Shown: positions 28,458 to 40,549 of the stretch, piece by piece
How the letters are laid out: every line of letters starts with the position of its first letter
Position numbering within the stretch: position 1 is the first letter of the stretch
Assembly: GCF_036321535.1 (NCBI RefSeq)
Contig: NC_087436.1
Location: forward strand, 38,876,001-38,940,000
Length of the DNA stretch: 64,000 bases
Reading direction: 5' to 3'
DNA from: Camelus dromedarius
Taxonomy: Eukaryota
Notes under the pieces: generated by a model
Database searches by the model: none
What the model was told of the DNA's origin: nothing
The model's input: only the letters and a program-made list of their open reading frames with translations
Position numbers and translations under genes: made by a program

Positions 28458-28570
28458 TTCTTTTTTTTTAATGGAGGTACTGGAGATTGAACCCAGGACC
28501 GTGAGCATGCTATGAACCCAGGACCATGCGCATGCTAAATATGCACTATACCACTGAGCTATATATCCCC
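28458..28570 (-). mobile_element. tRNA-derived SINE (camelid Vic-1 type)
   Basis: Minus strand reads GGGGATATATAGCTCAGTGG (A box) ... GGTCCTGGGTTCAATCTCCAGTACCTCCA + A-tail; short (C)ACTTT TSD. Confidence 0.8.
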
Positions 28571-30449
28571 ACTTTACTTCAATTGCTGTGAGATCACAGA
28601 AAGGAAAGATGTATTCCCAGAGGGACCTAAAGCATCATGCTGTCCTTAACAGGCAAATCCAAGTCATACCTAGTGCCAAGTTAATCACTAGTGCAAGCCA
28701 CAAAATACCTAAATAAATAAATTTAGGTGACTTTCTAATAAACAGCAGAAAGACATGGATTTTCTTTACCGAACATCAAAGTGGTTTGAGGCCTGGGATA
28801 CTTGCAAAAGTTTATTGATGTTGGATTTTCTTTCTCAAGGAATGTAACGAGGAACAAAGGTTTATTGAGTACTTGATGTCTATCAGTTGCTTAAGTTTGT
28901 GCTTTATCAAATTTTTGTTCATAAAACCCTATGTATGTATGTATTAGGTATTGTTATTATCTTCATTTTATAGATGAGGAAACTGAGGCTCAGAGAGATT
29001 GAGTAATATGATCAATACCCCGCATAGTGTATAATGGGTGTTTTAGGCAGGACTGAAACCCAAGTCTTTGTTTCTAAAACACATGTTCTTTTTACTACAC
29101 TACATTTCTATTCTAATGACCAGATACATCTGTTTTTTCTAATCTAGGAAAAAAGACTGGATCTATACTCCAAGGCCTTCTAAATTCACAAATCACCGTA
29201 AGTAGTGGATTACCTGAAAGACTATTTAGATCTTGGCTTTAGAGTAACCATAAACTTTCCCTCTCTTATCCAAGTTGAAAGTCCACTAAAAGGTTATGGT
29301 TCCCAAATGATGAGGTTTTCATTATCTTTGGGAAAAGAGAGAAAAACAAAGACAAGGTAGTCAATTTTTTTCCATAAAGCTAGAAGTATAAATATAACTA
29401 TTTCTAAAATTATGATCTCTCTCTCCCCTGACCTACCCACTTTCTCTCTCCTCCTCTCTCTGTGTATATGAGTGTGTACATGTGTGTACTCTGATCTTTT
29501 TCTTTTTAAATGAAATAATGGAGCTAGTAGAAGGTAGTTTACTTTTTAATGTGCTTACTTGAGAAAATAAAAAGTGAGCAACTCCACTGAAAGTGTGCCC
29601 AATAGATATCAAACTAAAAAAAAAAAAAAAAAACTTAATTCTTTTTCTCAACGTCCTGCTCAAATCTAGTAGATTTATCTTTCCCCTGATGCTGAACGAA
29701 ATCTTGGGCATGCCCTATAGCTTCTGTACTGAAGAGAGTTTCTGGTCACATTCACTCACAATAATAGTCTCCTCTTAGTAATTAATATGTTCAGGCTCAC
29801 TAATAATCAAAACTCTGCACTTTATGCTAAGTTAAAGCCCCCCACCCCCCGACCCCAGCTAGGGCCTGCGCCAGATTGCAAGACTGCAGTCGGAGAAGGG
29901 AGAGCCACAGTGACCTTCTTCTCTTTTCACCTCTCTATCTACCCTTCATACCCCAACCCCCCACCACACACACAGAGTTTTGGCTTATGACTGCACCAGG
30001 TTTGGGGATGAGAGGGAGTGAGAGTAAAACAAAGGAATGGTTTTAGCTAATGGCATAGCTGACGTCTGGCTTTTGTCTTCTCTGCATATGGTAGATGTTT
30101 AAAGCTGATTCTCTCTCTTATGGGAGTTTTCATGTTATCCAGCCACACTTCTACCTCTTGAAATTTTTCTTAGTGGCCTATCATCATTCAACATCAAAAC
30201 AAAAATATAATGGGTACCTATTGTGTGTCATGCCAAAGTCTTAGCAACCCAAAACACAATGCAAAAGAACACCATTAGAAAAATAAATAAATTTTCTGCC
30301 TCAATATCATATTAACTTTAACTTTTCAGTTGTATTCAGTCATTAAGTCTTACTTTACAAGGTAATTGCTATTGTAAAAAAGGGATAGGTCATTAATAGT
30401 CTCATTTCTCTGATGTTATTTGATAAATCATGTTACATTCAACATAACA

Positions 30450-30463
30450 TGTACTTTGAACTT
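30450..30463 (+). promoter_or_regulatory. DR1 nuclear-receptor (HNF4-type) element, FABP2 promoter
   Basis: TGTACTTTGAACTT resembles the 14-bp TGAACTTTGAACTT element known from intestinal FABP promoters. Confidence 0.55.
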
Positions 30464-30654
30464 GTAAGCAGAAAACCTATCCAGACAGTATGCCTTCTAA
30501 TTCTTGAAATAAATGTGCTCACAAATAGTAGTTTAAGACAGAGTAGGTATGCTTATCATGTTTTAAGGCAGTTGAATTTTAGGTGAGGAGCTAAGGAATT
30601 CTTAGAAACAGGGAAACTAAAATGGTGTGACATTAGTGTAGTTAAGTGACCCCT

Positions 30655-30715
30655 TGAACTTTAAACTTCCACATCACAGTATGAAGTTGGTTCTAAGATA
30701 AGAAAGAGAATAAAT
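30655..30715 (+). promoter_or_regulatory. FABP2 proximal promoter: DR1/HNF4 site, GATA site, AT-rich TATA-like box
   Basis: TGAACTTTAAACTT at 30655-30668, AGATAAG at ~30696-30702, GAATAAA at ~30708-30714, 90-150 bp upstream of the ATG. Confidence 0.7.
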
Positions 30716-30805
30716 TCTCTCCTAAGGACAGACCTGAATCTCTGATTGCCTAAAGGCTGAATTAACTGGAGACCAGTTGCCTAGAGGCTGAATCAACTGC
30801 AGACC

Positions 30806-30872
30806 ATGGCGTTTGATGGTACTTGGAAAGTAGACCGAAATGAGAACTATGAAAAGTTTATGGAAAAAATGG
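30806..30872 (+). CDS. FABP2: Intestinal fatty acid-binding protein, exon 1 (CDS part)
   Basis: ACCATGG Kozak; MAFDGTWKVDRNENYEKFMEKM+G; donor GTAAGG at 30873; 67 bp. Confidence 0.98.
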
Positions 30873-31800
30873 GTAAGGGCTTAATACTTTAATGGCTTGT
30901 TCTTTTGTTTCTCAGACATTTTTCCTTCTAACTCCTTCTAAACCTCAAGGCTTAGAGAATGGCACCTGTTGTGGCAGTGAGGATTGAGAAAGTGTGATGG
31001 TTCCAAGCAGGGAAAACCATATTCTCCCTTCTAACATTAGGAAGAATACACTGCCTCACTAGTGAAAGAAAAGACTCTTGGGTGCTATTCTCTGAAACAT
31101 AAAAAACATCCAGATATGTTTCATTCACATTAACTGCTGATGGAAAATTGATCTTTTTTTTTTTTTGGCATTGTTTAGAAAGTAAAATATGGCAGTGCAT
31201 AATGGTAACTTTCAGACTTTGAAACACTGAATTCTAGGGGATGGAAAAGCAAAGACCATATAATAAAGTAATGAAAAAGAGTTCTATCAAAAGTCACAGC
31301 TCTGAATAAATGAGACTTAATTCTCTTTTCCTCTGACTTACAAAACTTTTGGAATAATCTCATGATGCTATGTAGTTTCTATGGAAGTTTTTAATTTAAC
31401 TGATTTTAATATCTATACCAATACTCTAGCAGCCCGTATACTGAACAAGATGGGCAAAAAAATTCATGTCATCCCTTAAAAATAAAAATCTGCGTTAATT
31501 ATATACTGTAGTTCAGAGATTCCAAGTTTAAATTTATGGAATTGGTACATCCTTACAATAATGAAATTTCTCATTTTTGTGACAGTCAGAAATGCCACAA
31601 AAAGCAAAAAGAATTATGAAGTTCAAAGTGTTAAGGCCAATATGGAAAGCAAAGTGGCATTTAAAAAAAAAAAGAGTACCATATATGCAAAATTAAAGTT
31701 GTATATCCTTATAAATATATAAATATAGTTTTAAAATCCTTCATTTGACATTCCTGGAATTTGATTTACTTAACTCTGAAATTAAAATGATAATTTTTAA

Positions 31801-32091
31801 TATATATATTTTTATTGAAGTATAGTCTGTTTACAATGTTGTGTCAATTTCTGATGTACAGCATAATGCTTCAGTCATACATGTACATACATTCGTCTTC
31901 ATATTCTTTTTCACCATAAGTTACTACAAGATATTGAATATAGTTTCCTGTGATATACAGTATAAACTTTTTATTTATCTATTTTATATATAGTAGCTAG
32001 TATCTGCAAATCTTGAGCTTCCAATTTATCCCTTCCCACCTCTTCCCCCGCTGGTAACCATAAATTTGTTTTCTATGTCTGTGAAAAATGT
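31801..32091 (-). mobile_element. 5'-truncated L1 3' end in FABP2 intron 1
   Basis: TTTATTGAAGTATAGTC... L1 3'UTR in reverse; 13-bp TSD TGATAATTTTTAA at 31788-31800 and 32092-32104. Confidence 0.9.
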
Positions 32092-32372
32092 TGATAATTT
32101 TTAAAAACTTACTCAGTTCTAAGATTCTACAATTCTACATTTTATTTAATTTTTCTTAAGTTTTAGAAAAATAGTTTGATCTGATTTAGCTTGAACTTTT
32201 CCTACAGAAGCAATCTGAATACTCTTGTGCAAAGGCAATGCTATCAGGTTTTCCTTCCCATCCTCAAAATATTAATTAATTAATTAGTTGGTTCATTAAT
32301 ACAGAACTCAGAAAAATAAGCACCTTCTACATCAGTCTGACTTCATTTTCTCTAATCTCTTTCCCTTTGCAG

Positions 32373-32545
32373 GTATTAATGTGGTGAAAAGGAAGCTTGC
32401 AGCTCATGACAATTTGAAATTGGTAATCACACAGGAAGGAAATAAATTCACAGTCAAAGAATCAAGCAATTTTCGAAGCATTGAAATTATTTTTGAGCTT
32501 GGTGTCACTTTTAATTACAGCCTCGCGGATGGAACTGAAGTCACT
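32373..32545 (+). CDS. FABP2: FABP2 exon 2
   Basis: TTTGCAG acceptor; (G)INVVKRKLAAHDNLKLVITQEGNKFTVKESSNFRSIEIIFELGVTFNYSLADGTEVT; donor GTAAGA; 173 bp, phase fits exon 1. Confidence 0.98.
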
Positions 32546-33583
32546 GTAAGAAATTTTTTATAAGCAATGCATTGCCAATTTTTCTACACAGTACTAAAAT
32601 AATCTCTGCTTTCTGTCATTGGATGGTTTAATAAATATAGGTCTCCTTCATTTACTGAAGCAGACAATGGAGTTTATCCATATTATATATCATACAAGTT
32701 GGCAGAGTATTTTAAACATAATGCTTTGATTTTCACACACATCTGTAAAGAACCTGGAATAAACAATAAGAATTAGAAAAATATCCTTTGAATGACTGGG
32801 TATACACGTATTCATAAAGAAAACTAAAGCTCAGTGCTTTCAACTTTACATACCTGACGACAACAAAAGCTTTCAGAGTTATCTAACTTAAACATAAGAG
32901 ATATTTAATTAACATAATTGAAATAATAAAATAAATGGATAAATTAGTGAATGAGTGTGTGACCAAATGGAAAGGTCTAATAATACAATATGTGTCACTG
33001 GGAATATACCTTTTAATATTTAAGATATAAAATTTTACAGAGGCCCATTTTTCAACTGATTTTTAAAAAACTTTTTGTCCCCAGAATTTTTCTAGTTAAA
33101 TTATACATGCTTGCAATGACAATTGCAAACTGTCAAATATTTTATCAATTATGATTGCTTTTAAATCACTACAACAATTACATAAATTAAAACAAACACA
33201 AGCTTGTGAGCTTCTCCATGAAGCTAATTTGAACCATGACTAAATTTAGAACACTCTTTGTAACATGAAAGGTTTAGAAAAGAGGCCCTGCCTATCTGCC
33301 TTAACGTTTGGCATTTGCAAACTACTGAGTAGGACGGGCAGAATGGTTACCAGCACACACTCTAGAGCCCAACAGCTTAGAATCAAGCCTGGCTTTGTGA
33401 CTTTAGGTAAATTACTGTATCTCTCTGTTTTCTCATCTGTGAAATAGTGATAATAATATCTACTTCATAGGGTTATAGTCAAGTTTGAAGGAGCAGATCT
33501 GTAGATCTCAGAATAGTGCCTGACACATGTAGGACTCTAAAAGCTGCTATTTTATTATTATTATTTTCTTTATTTTTATATAG

Positions 33584-33691
33584 GGTAGTTGGAGCCTAGA
33601 GGGAAATAAACTTGTTGGAAAATTCAAACGGCTCGACAATGGAAATGAACTAAATACTGTCCGAGAAATTATCGGTGGTGAAATGGTCCAG
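33584..33691 (+). CDS. FABP2: FABP2 exon 3
   Basis: TATAG acceptor; GSWSLEGNKLVGKFKRLDNGNELNTVREIIGGEMVQ; donor GTGAGT; 108 bp. Confidence 0.98.
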
Positions 33692-34078
33692 GTGAGTGGG
33701 AAAAACATCTCCCAAAGACAAAAATAACTATACAACAATAATTTTATGTGGGGGGTTGTTGAGTTATATCATCAAAAAATAGACTATACTTTTCTTATAA
33801 ATCTTACTAATTTTAAAAATATATTTTCTGATGTCCGTTTGTTGAAGAGAACTTATACGTCAAATACATCAAGCCTATTTTAATTGAAAATTTAAGTGAC
33901 TACAAACCAAAATGTGTTTTTAAATGAATATATCCTGTATTTGTATAAAATGTTGCTATCAAGTACAAGAATAAATACTTTATAAACTCATTTCAAAACT
34001 ATATTACTACTAATATTTTTCTTAATTTAGCCTTTAATCTTAACGGCAAATTCTTCTATGTTTGTTAATACTTTTCAG

Positions 34079-34129
34079 ACTTACACATATGAAGGAGTAG
34101 AAGCCAAGAGGATCTTCAAAAAGGAGTGA
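34079..34129 (+). CDS. FABP2: FABP2 exon 4 (CDS part)
   Basis: TTTTCAG acceptor; TYTYEGVEAKRIFKKE-TGA. Four exons total 399 bp = 132 aa + stop, intact. Confidence 0.98.
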   Translation, partial: TYTYEGVEAKRIFKKE

Positions 34130-34388
34130 GCATTGTTCTTGGAGCACAGCCCAGAACACAAATTAGATGGAAAATCTATATTGAATCCGGACCGTTTTTC
34201 TCTCCTCATCAAGTATAAAGTTGCTGACTGATTAGTCCTTTTATAAACATTGGCCAATGGCTTTTATTTCCAGTCTTGGCCAGAACAAAACAAGCAAAAG
34301 CTAATTAGGATTTAACTTGTTTTACATTCTCAAAGATGTACATTTATTGGTGTTCAAAAAGAATTTGTGACATTTTAAAAAACAGATG

Positions 34389-34394
34389 AATAAA
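34389..34394 (+). terminator. FABP2 polyadenylation signal
   Basis: First AATAAA, 260 bp after the stop codon. Confidence 0.65.
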
Positions 34395-34789
34395 TATTGT
34401 TCCCACATTGCTTTATAAGTAGCCTCTCCTTAAAAAAAAAAAAAGCTATGCAACACATGCATTGATAGACTGTTTTGGGTTCAGTAAACTGAAAACATAT
34501 ATTGCATAGGGGGGGCAGGCTTTAAAATCCTGCACTGGTTGTAAATACCTTCCTTTGTTTCCTTCAACCAGAAATTTTAGAAATAAGAAAGGCAAATACA
34601 AAATAAATATTTCCATAAACCCACAACTCAGAGATAATCACCATTTTGATTTTAACAAACATCCTCCCAGTTGTCTTTTGTGGGTGTGCCAATGTGTATT
34701 TCCCCAGACATACCACATACTTTGAATAATATGATAGGAAAGAAATGATGTACTAAGGCAAAGAGCTGTATCATATCTTTCTACATTGT

Positions 34790-34972
34790 CAGTGATTCCC
34801 AGACCTGGGTTAGCATCAGGATCAGCTGAGAAACTTAAATAGAAAAATTACACATTTAATCTGCACTGTTATCCTACTAGATCAGAATCTCCAGAAACAG
34901 AACCAGGGATTTTAGAAAACTCCCAAGTAACTCTCATGCAGCAGGTACACTAACCTCTTTGAGAACAAACGG
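34790..34972. mobile_element. MER5A/B-like hAT MITE
   Basis: CAGTGATTCCCAGACCTGG...CCTACTAGATCAGAATCTCC...CTTTGAGAAC. Confidence 0.6.
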
Positions 34973-37900
34973 GCTCTCAGATAACGAAAATGTCACCCCC
35001 AAGTATCACCCCCCTTTTATTCATAAACACTGACAATTTTCCAGGGCCCCAAGCATTTTCTTTCACTCATATATTCACATGATGTTCTATTTTATGTATT
35101 TCAAGCAACTGCATTTTAGGTGAGTATGTATTACAGGGCGCAGAAGGAGGTCAAGTTTTTAAGCATTTAACTCAACAGACTTTTGTTTTAATTTTTTTTC
35201 ATACTGATAAAGGTAACAGATAACATATATACAGTTCTTACCAAGTTCCAGGTACCATTCTAAGTGCTATATAAACATGGCAGACACATTACAATGTGGG
35301 AAGAAAAACATCTGAGTACATGATGAAGATGAATAGATTAGAGAATATGTAATCTTTTGCAAAAAGCAAGAACTTAAATCCACTGTTTGTTTTACAACTT
35401 CATTAAAAACTTCACATAGAACATAGTAGTTATTTAGATTTTTCACATGCTTTTTTTAAAATGAAGTCTCAAAGTGCTTTTACCTCTCTGATTTTATGAT
35501 ATCTACATATGTGAAACAGGAAATGGGCAGGTATTAATCTCATCTGAAAGTGGAGAAACTAAGGCAACAATAAGTTTATTAGCTTGTCTAATGTAGTACA
35601 GAGTCCATTATGAACACAGGAACTAAATGTAGGTCTTGACTTTCAGCCCAGTACATTATGATCTATGCTATTACTCAGCCTATTATAAACAAAAATATCT
35701 TTTAAAATGTCCCTTAACTCCTTTGTGGCACCCAAGAATAGCACTCCAAATGAGTCAGGTCAGACTGTAAAATAATGGCAATTAAGTGGTTAGGCACTTA
35801 TCTATTTCTAGCCTCATTGCAGGCTCACTTTTTTGTGTACAATTTATAACCTTTCTAGCATTAAATCTCTACTATTTATTAGAACTGAAGAGCAGCCTAT
35901 CATTTGCTAAGTTTTCCACTGCTATAACCCCTCTTTGGGAAATGGGCCTTGATAGCATGTCAACTTGACTGACCAAGAGAGGGTGCCTGACCCAAAAGCA
36001 GCCAATCCAGCACAACTCAGCCAGTTTACAAGCTCCGTGCAGAAGGAACGACACAACTAACTGAACCTAGAAGAACCCCTCTTTAGAGATTCTGAGTTTG
36101 AGAAATACACAGCAACTGGTAGAAGGAAAAAGGCGGAAAGAGGACTAAGAGGGCAAGCAGTAGGTGAAAGCCATGAGAACACGAAGCAATGAGCAAGCAG
36201 GAGCCACAGCGTGGATCTCAGAATAGAGGGGCAGCTAGAAGCAGCTGGAGTGGTAAAAGCCAAAACATTTACACATGAAATGTGGCATCTGGGGTTTCCT
36301 TCAAATTGCTTCCTCCTCAATCTAGGGTTGGGGAGACAGTGGGGAGGGGTAAAGATGAAACAAGACTGGTCACAAGTTGACAACTGTTGCACCTGTTGGA
36401 AAGTGTCTGACACGTGATAGGCTGACTGGGTACCTATTAGGAGCATGGCAATTCATAAACTTTTCTCCTAACTTTTATATGTACTTGAAATTTTCCATGA
36501 CAAAAAGTTAGATATTTAATACATACACATACATAACTCCAGAAGCCATCCACTTCCCCTCACTTCCATCACTCTCACCTTGGCAAGAGTCACCATTTAT
36601 CTTTCCCCGATTACTGTAATAATCCCTAAAAAGCCTTCTACTTTCTACCTTCCTTACTCTGCCCTCTTAGTCTCTTTTTCAACACAGCAGCCAGGATGAG
36701 CCTTTAAAAATCTAAATCAGATGGTGTCACTCCTCTGCACAAAATACTGCAATGTCTCCTATTTCATTCAGAGAAAAAGCCAATGTCCTTATAATGGCCT
36801 GTAAGACCCTTTGTGATCAGATCCCTCATCGCCTATCTGACATGTGTTCCTGTTTTCATAGACACTCTGGGGGAAGACTGTTCCATGTGGAGGAAATACT
36901 GTGGAACAAGTGTGGCACATTTTAAGAACATGGATTACCTCATAAAAGTCCCCAAGATCATCCGGAGATAATTAAAAATGAGACCAATGTTCCAGAAATA
37001 CAGGCTGCCTCAGCCTTCCTAGAACTCAGGAGTGATATAATGAAAATGGTGTCGGTTTTGGAATCACACAGACTTGCCTAAATCCTAGCCTTTCTGTTGC
37101 AGGAAAATGGGGCATGTGAGAATGGTCTTGTCCCAGGTTTCAGCCGGGTCCCCGGTTCGCACCTTGCCAAGTGAGGGTCCGTGCCCTGCCCCCTTCCCTC
37201 CTGTCTCATTTCCACTTACTAACTAGAACTCAGGTTCTGCGACTTAATTTTTCTCACTTGAAAAATGGGGGAAATAGTAATGATTTTCTGAGATTGTTCT
37301 TAACTGAGGTATTGTCTATAAAACATCTAGCATAGTGCCCAGCACATAGCTGATACTCAACAGATAAAAGTAATAGGAACCTGTGCCCTTCTCTTGTAGA
37401 GAAAACAGGGCCAACAATGACTTGAATAGATGGGAGAACTCCCTTCTTAAAATATCCCTCATGGGACCTGTGTGGTAGATTGAGCCCTGGCTGGTGGATG
37501 AGAACTCTTAGCTCTGGTCCAGGCTGTGACATAGCTACCTGGGGACTTTGGGCAAGTCTCATTTGAATTTAGTTCAATCATCTTTAAAATGAGTTAACTG
37601 GACCAGACAAGTTCTAGCACTAAGATCCAGTGCTAAGATTCTATATCTGAATAACAAGTCAGTGACTCTTCCTTTAAGCAGCCCCTTTGGTATATATCAC
37701 AGGGAGGTGTTGAAATGACAAGGGGTTGGGTGGGGAGAGAGAGATATCTTTTAAATCCTTAAGCATGGCTGGCTTCATGGGTGTGTGACCTATGCAGGCT
37801 CAGAAGGGTTGTGCGCTTGATTTAATGCACTGCTGTTAGTGTTTCAAAATTCTCAATTAATTTTGAACAAGGAGCCCTGTATTTTCATTTTATACTGGGT

Positions 37901-38113
37901 CTTGCAAATTATGTAGCCAGTCTTGTTCCTATGAGATGACTATAAACAAGTATAAAAGATATTTTTCTCCGAGTAACTAGAGACCGGCAGCAGTTCATCC
38001 CTGGGTACCTGAAGAGAGGTGATTAGGTGAGTGAGAGAGTTGTCTGGGGTAGAATGGAAGTGGGAGGGGGTTTGTGGGGATCAGGAGGGAGGGATGATGA
38101 TGGATGGACAGCA

Positions 38114-38319
38114 CAGCTGACTCCTGAACAACAGTGGGGTGCAGGGGCACCACCCTCTTCCAGATTGAAAATCCAAGTATTACTTTGCAGTTGGACCTCA
38201 GTATCTGCAATTCTGCATCATGGATTCAACCAACCAGTCGTGTAGTGTACTTACTGAAAAAAAATCCATGTACGAGTGGACCCACGCAATTCAAATCTGT
38301 GTTGTTCAAGGGTCAACTG
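38114..38319. mobile_element. MER8-like Tigger MITE
   Basis: TIRs CAGCTGACTCCTGAACAAC ... GTTGTTCAAGGGTCAACTG followed by TA. Confidence 0.8.
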
Positions 38320-40019
38320 TACTCTGAAATGTTTATCTTCTGCTGCTCCTGGCTTTCCCTGAACAACAGCGTAAGACTGCCATCTACTGGTCAATGACAT
38401 GAATTCTTTCAAAGATTTCCAAAGCAAGGTCTTCACATTTCAGAATCTAGAGGGGTGTTCCAGAAAGGTTTGACATTCCATATTGTGAAGCCTGAAATAA
38501 TTATTAAACGTTTCCTGAGTTCCAACTTCCATAATAATCAGAGGTAATACAAAGACTCCTTTTCTGTTTTCCTGAACAATTCCCTAAAGCTGCTTTCATT
38601 TCTTCAATGAAAAATAATTTTTAAAAAGTACTAAGTGCCAGGCATCAGGTACTCAAGGATGCATACCACTGGTAGAGACACTTAGGTAACTAAGAACTTC
38701 ATCAAACAGATTCAGGATCTCAGGTTCATCCTGGGTTTGAGTCAGAACACCCAGAACAGCATCACTGTCTTCAAAACTGGATGGTCATTTAGGGGTAGGG
38801 TTACACTTCCGTGCAGTGTGTGCTAATATGTGGGGTGGTGTATGACTAGGATGTTCAGGCCCAAGTTCACACTACTGGCTGTAACAGACATTACTGAAGA
38901 ATTGACTGGAAGAGAAGAGTAGGCAAGGCAGTGGGAGAAGATGAAGTTAGGGGCATGGAGCAAATTAATAGTCCCGGATAAAGAACAGGTGTTCCAGGGG
39001 CTTCTCTCATCCATATGCTCCCCCACTGAGAATTTCACTAGAATGAAGGGTTACCAAAGTCCTCCCTTCTGCGATATCAGGAAGAAAAGAGGGAACTTAA
39101 ATGCTTGTCCAGCAATTAGTGGTTAGGACTGCTGGGAAGGGAGAAGAGTGGTAGAAATCTAAAGAAAGGCAAGGCCGCTCTCCCAGGATCTCAGCCCAGT
39201 TTCAAGGCCACATGCCTTAAATTACAGGTAGTGCAACTGGTTCCTTTCCAACAATTCTGATATACTCACTACACTCACTGGAGAAAACATCTGAGAGCCA
39301 AAGAACAGGACTCTCCTACCACGCAAAAGCAAACAAGAGAAAGTCCTTTAGGTAAAGGAGTATACACGGAGTGCCATTTCTTGTTTGGTTTCAGATATTT
39401 TTTTAACAAGACATCAAGATAACAAGGATGTCAAAGGACATAAGTGGGCACTGAATTTCTCCTAACATATCCTTAGAGTAGAAAAGCCTGAGTGAGGATG
39501 GTGTTTGTTTCACACTCCCAGTCCCCAGTGAGCACAGTCCCAGAGCACAACGTGCTTACCTATCATACCATTTTTCTGTATTCGGTTTGCTTGTCTGTCT
39601 CCTCTAGTCTGTGAGCTCCATGAGAGCAGAGATAGAGTCATAACACCTACACCCCTCCCCCCATATCCCTCTAACACATAGTGAACATTAATCATTGCAG
39701 AGGAGTGAATGAATGGGGCATGCTGGACAGCCTAGCCTCAGCAAGACAGCCTTCCCCATCCTGCATTTTGAGAACTGAAACACAGAAGCTCTGCTGAGGG
39801 AATCACCTCTAGCTGTTCTTATAATCTTATTCTGAACCAGATCACAGATAATCTTACTCTGAACCAAGGGCAGTAAATCTATATATACTTGAGAACAGCC
39901 TACAAAGTGAGAACTTTGTCCAAGACCAATAATTCTAATTAGTTAAACCAGTTAGGTTCTCTCTCTTGAGAATTTTCACTTTAGTACATACAAGAAAAGT
40001 CATCAGTTAGTAATGATGG

Positions 40020-40549
40020 TGTAGGGCAACAAAATTTGCCTACCCCAAATGTATCTCTTTGGCATAATCATTAATTTAGGTTATTTTTAAGAAACAGAAA
40101 ACTGAGGAAGTCTTCCTTTCTCCCTCATTCTTAGCTTCCTAAAATATTTAAAAATAGGGCTTGTTCCAGAAGTATCTGCAAAGAATATGGGCTAGGTATG
40201 GTAGGGGAAACTCAGCCCAGCCTAGAGATCAGAGCCCACTCACTGTCCCATTTTCTCAGCTTGGCCCAGGAAACATTTATTTACCACACATTTGCTTTTC
40301 CATCTCTAGGAGAATTGCTTTTCTTCCCTTTGAATTCCCAAACCACTACCCTCAATGGTCTCTTTTATCACCAGCTGAAGATAATATTTAAGGGGAGGGT
40401 TTTGGCCATTTTGGCAAGTTACTCAGTTTTCCTGGGTCTCTCATGTATACATGTTATTTAACTTTTGTTTGATTTTCTCAAGTCAGTTTAATTCTTAGAC
40501 CAGTCAAAAGAACCTAGGAGGGTAGAGGAAAATATCTTCCTCCCTAACA
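40020..40549 (+). mobile_element. ERV1 (MER4/MER34-group) solo LTR
   Basis: TG...CA termini (TGTAGGGC ... CCTCCCTAACA), 530 bp, 4-bp TSD ATGG at 40016-40019 and 40550-40553; U5 resembles the LTR at 48411-48915. Confidence 0.9.

Noticed and set aside
28470..28570. tRNA-Ala-like sequence
   Set aside because: A-tail, TSD and internal duplication show it is a SINE, not a tRNA gene.
32470..32472. Asn near the position of the human FABP2 Ala54Thr polymorphism (KESSNF)
   Set aside because: As I recall, Asn occurs at this site in other non-primate mammals, so it is not unusual.
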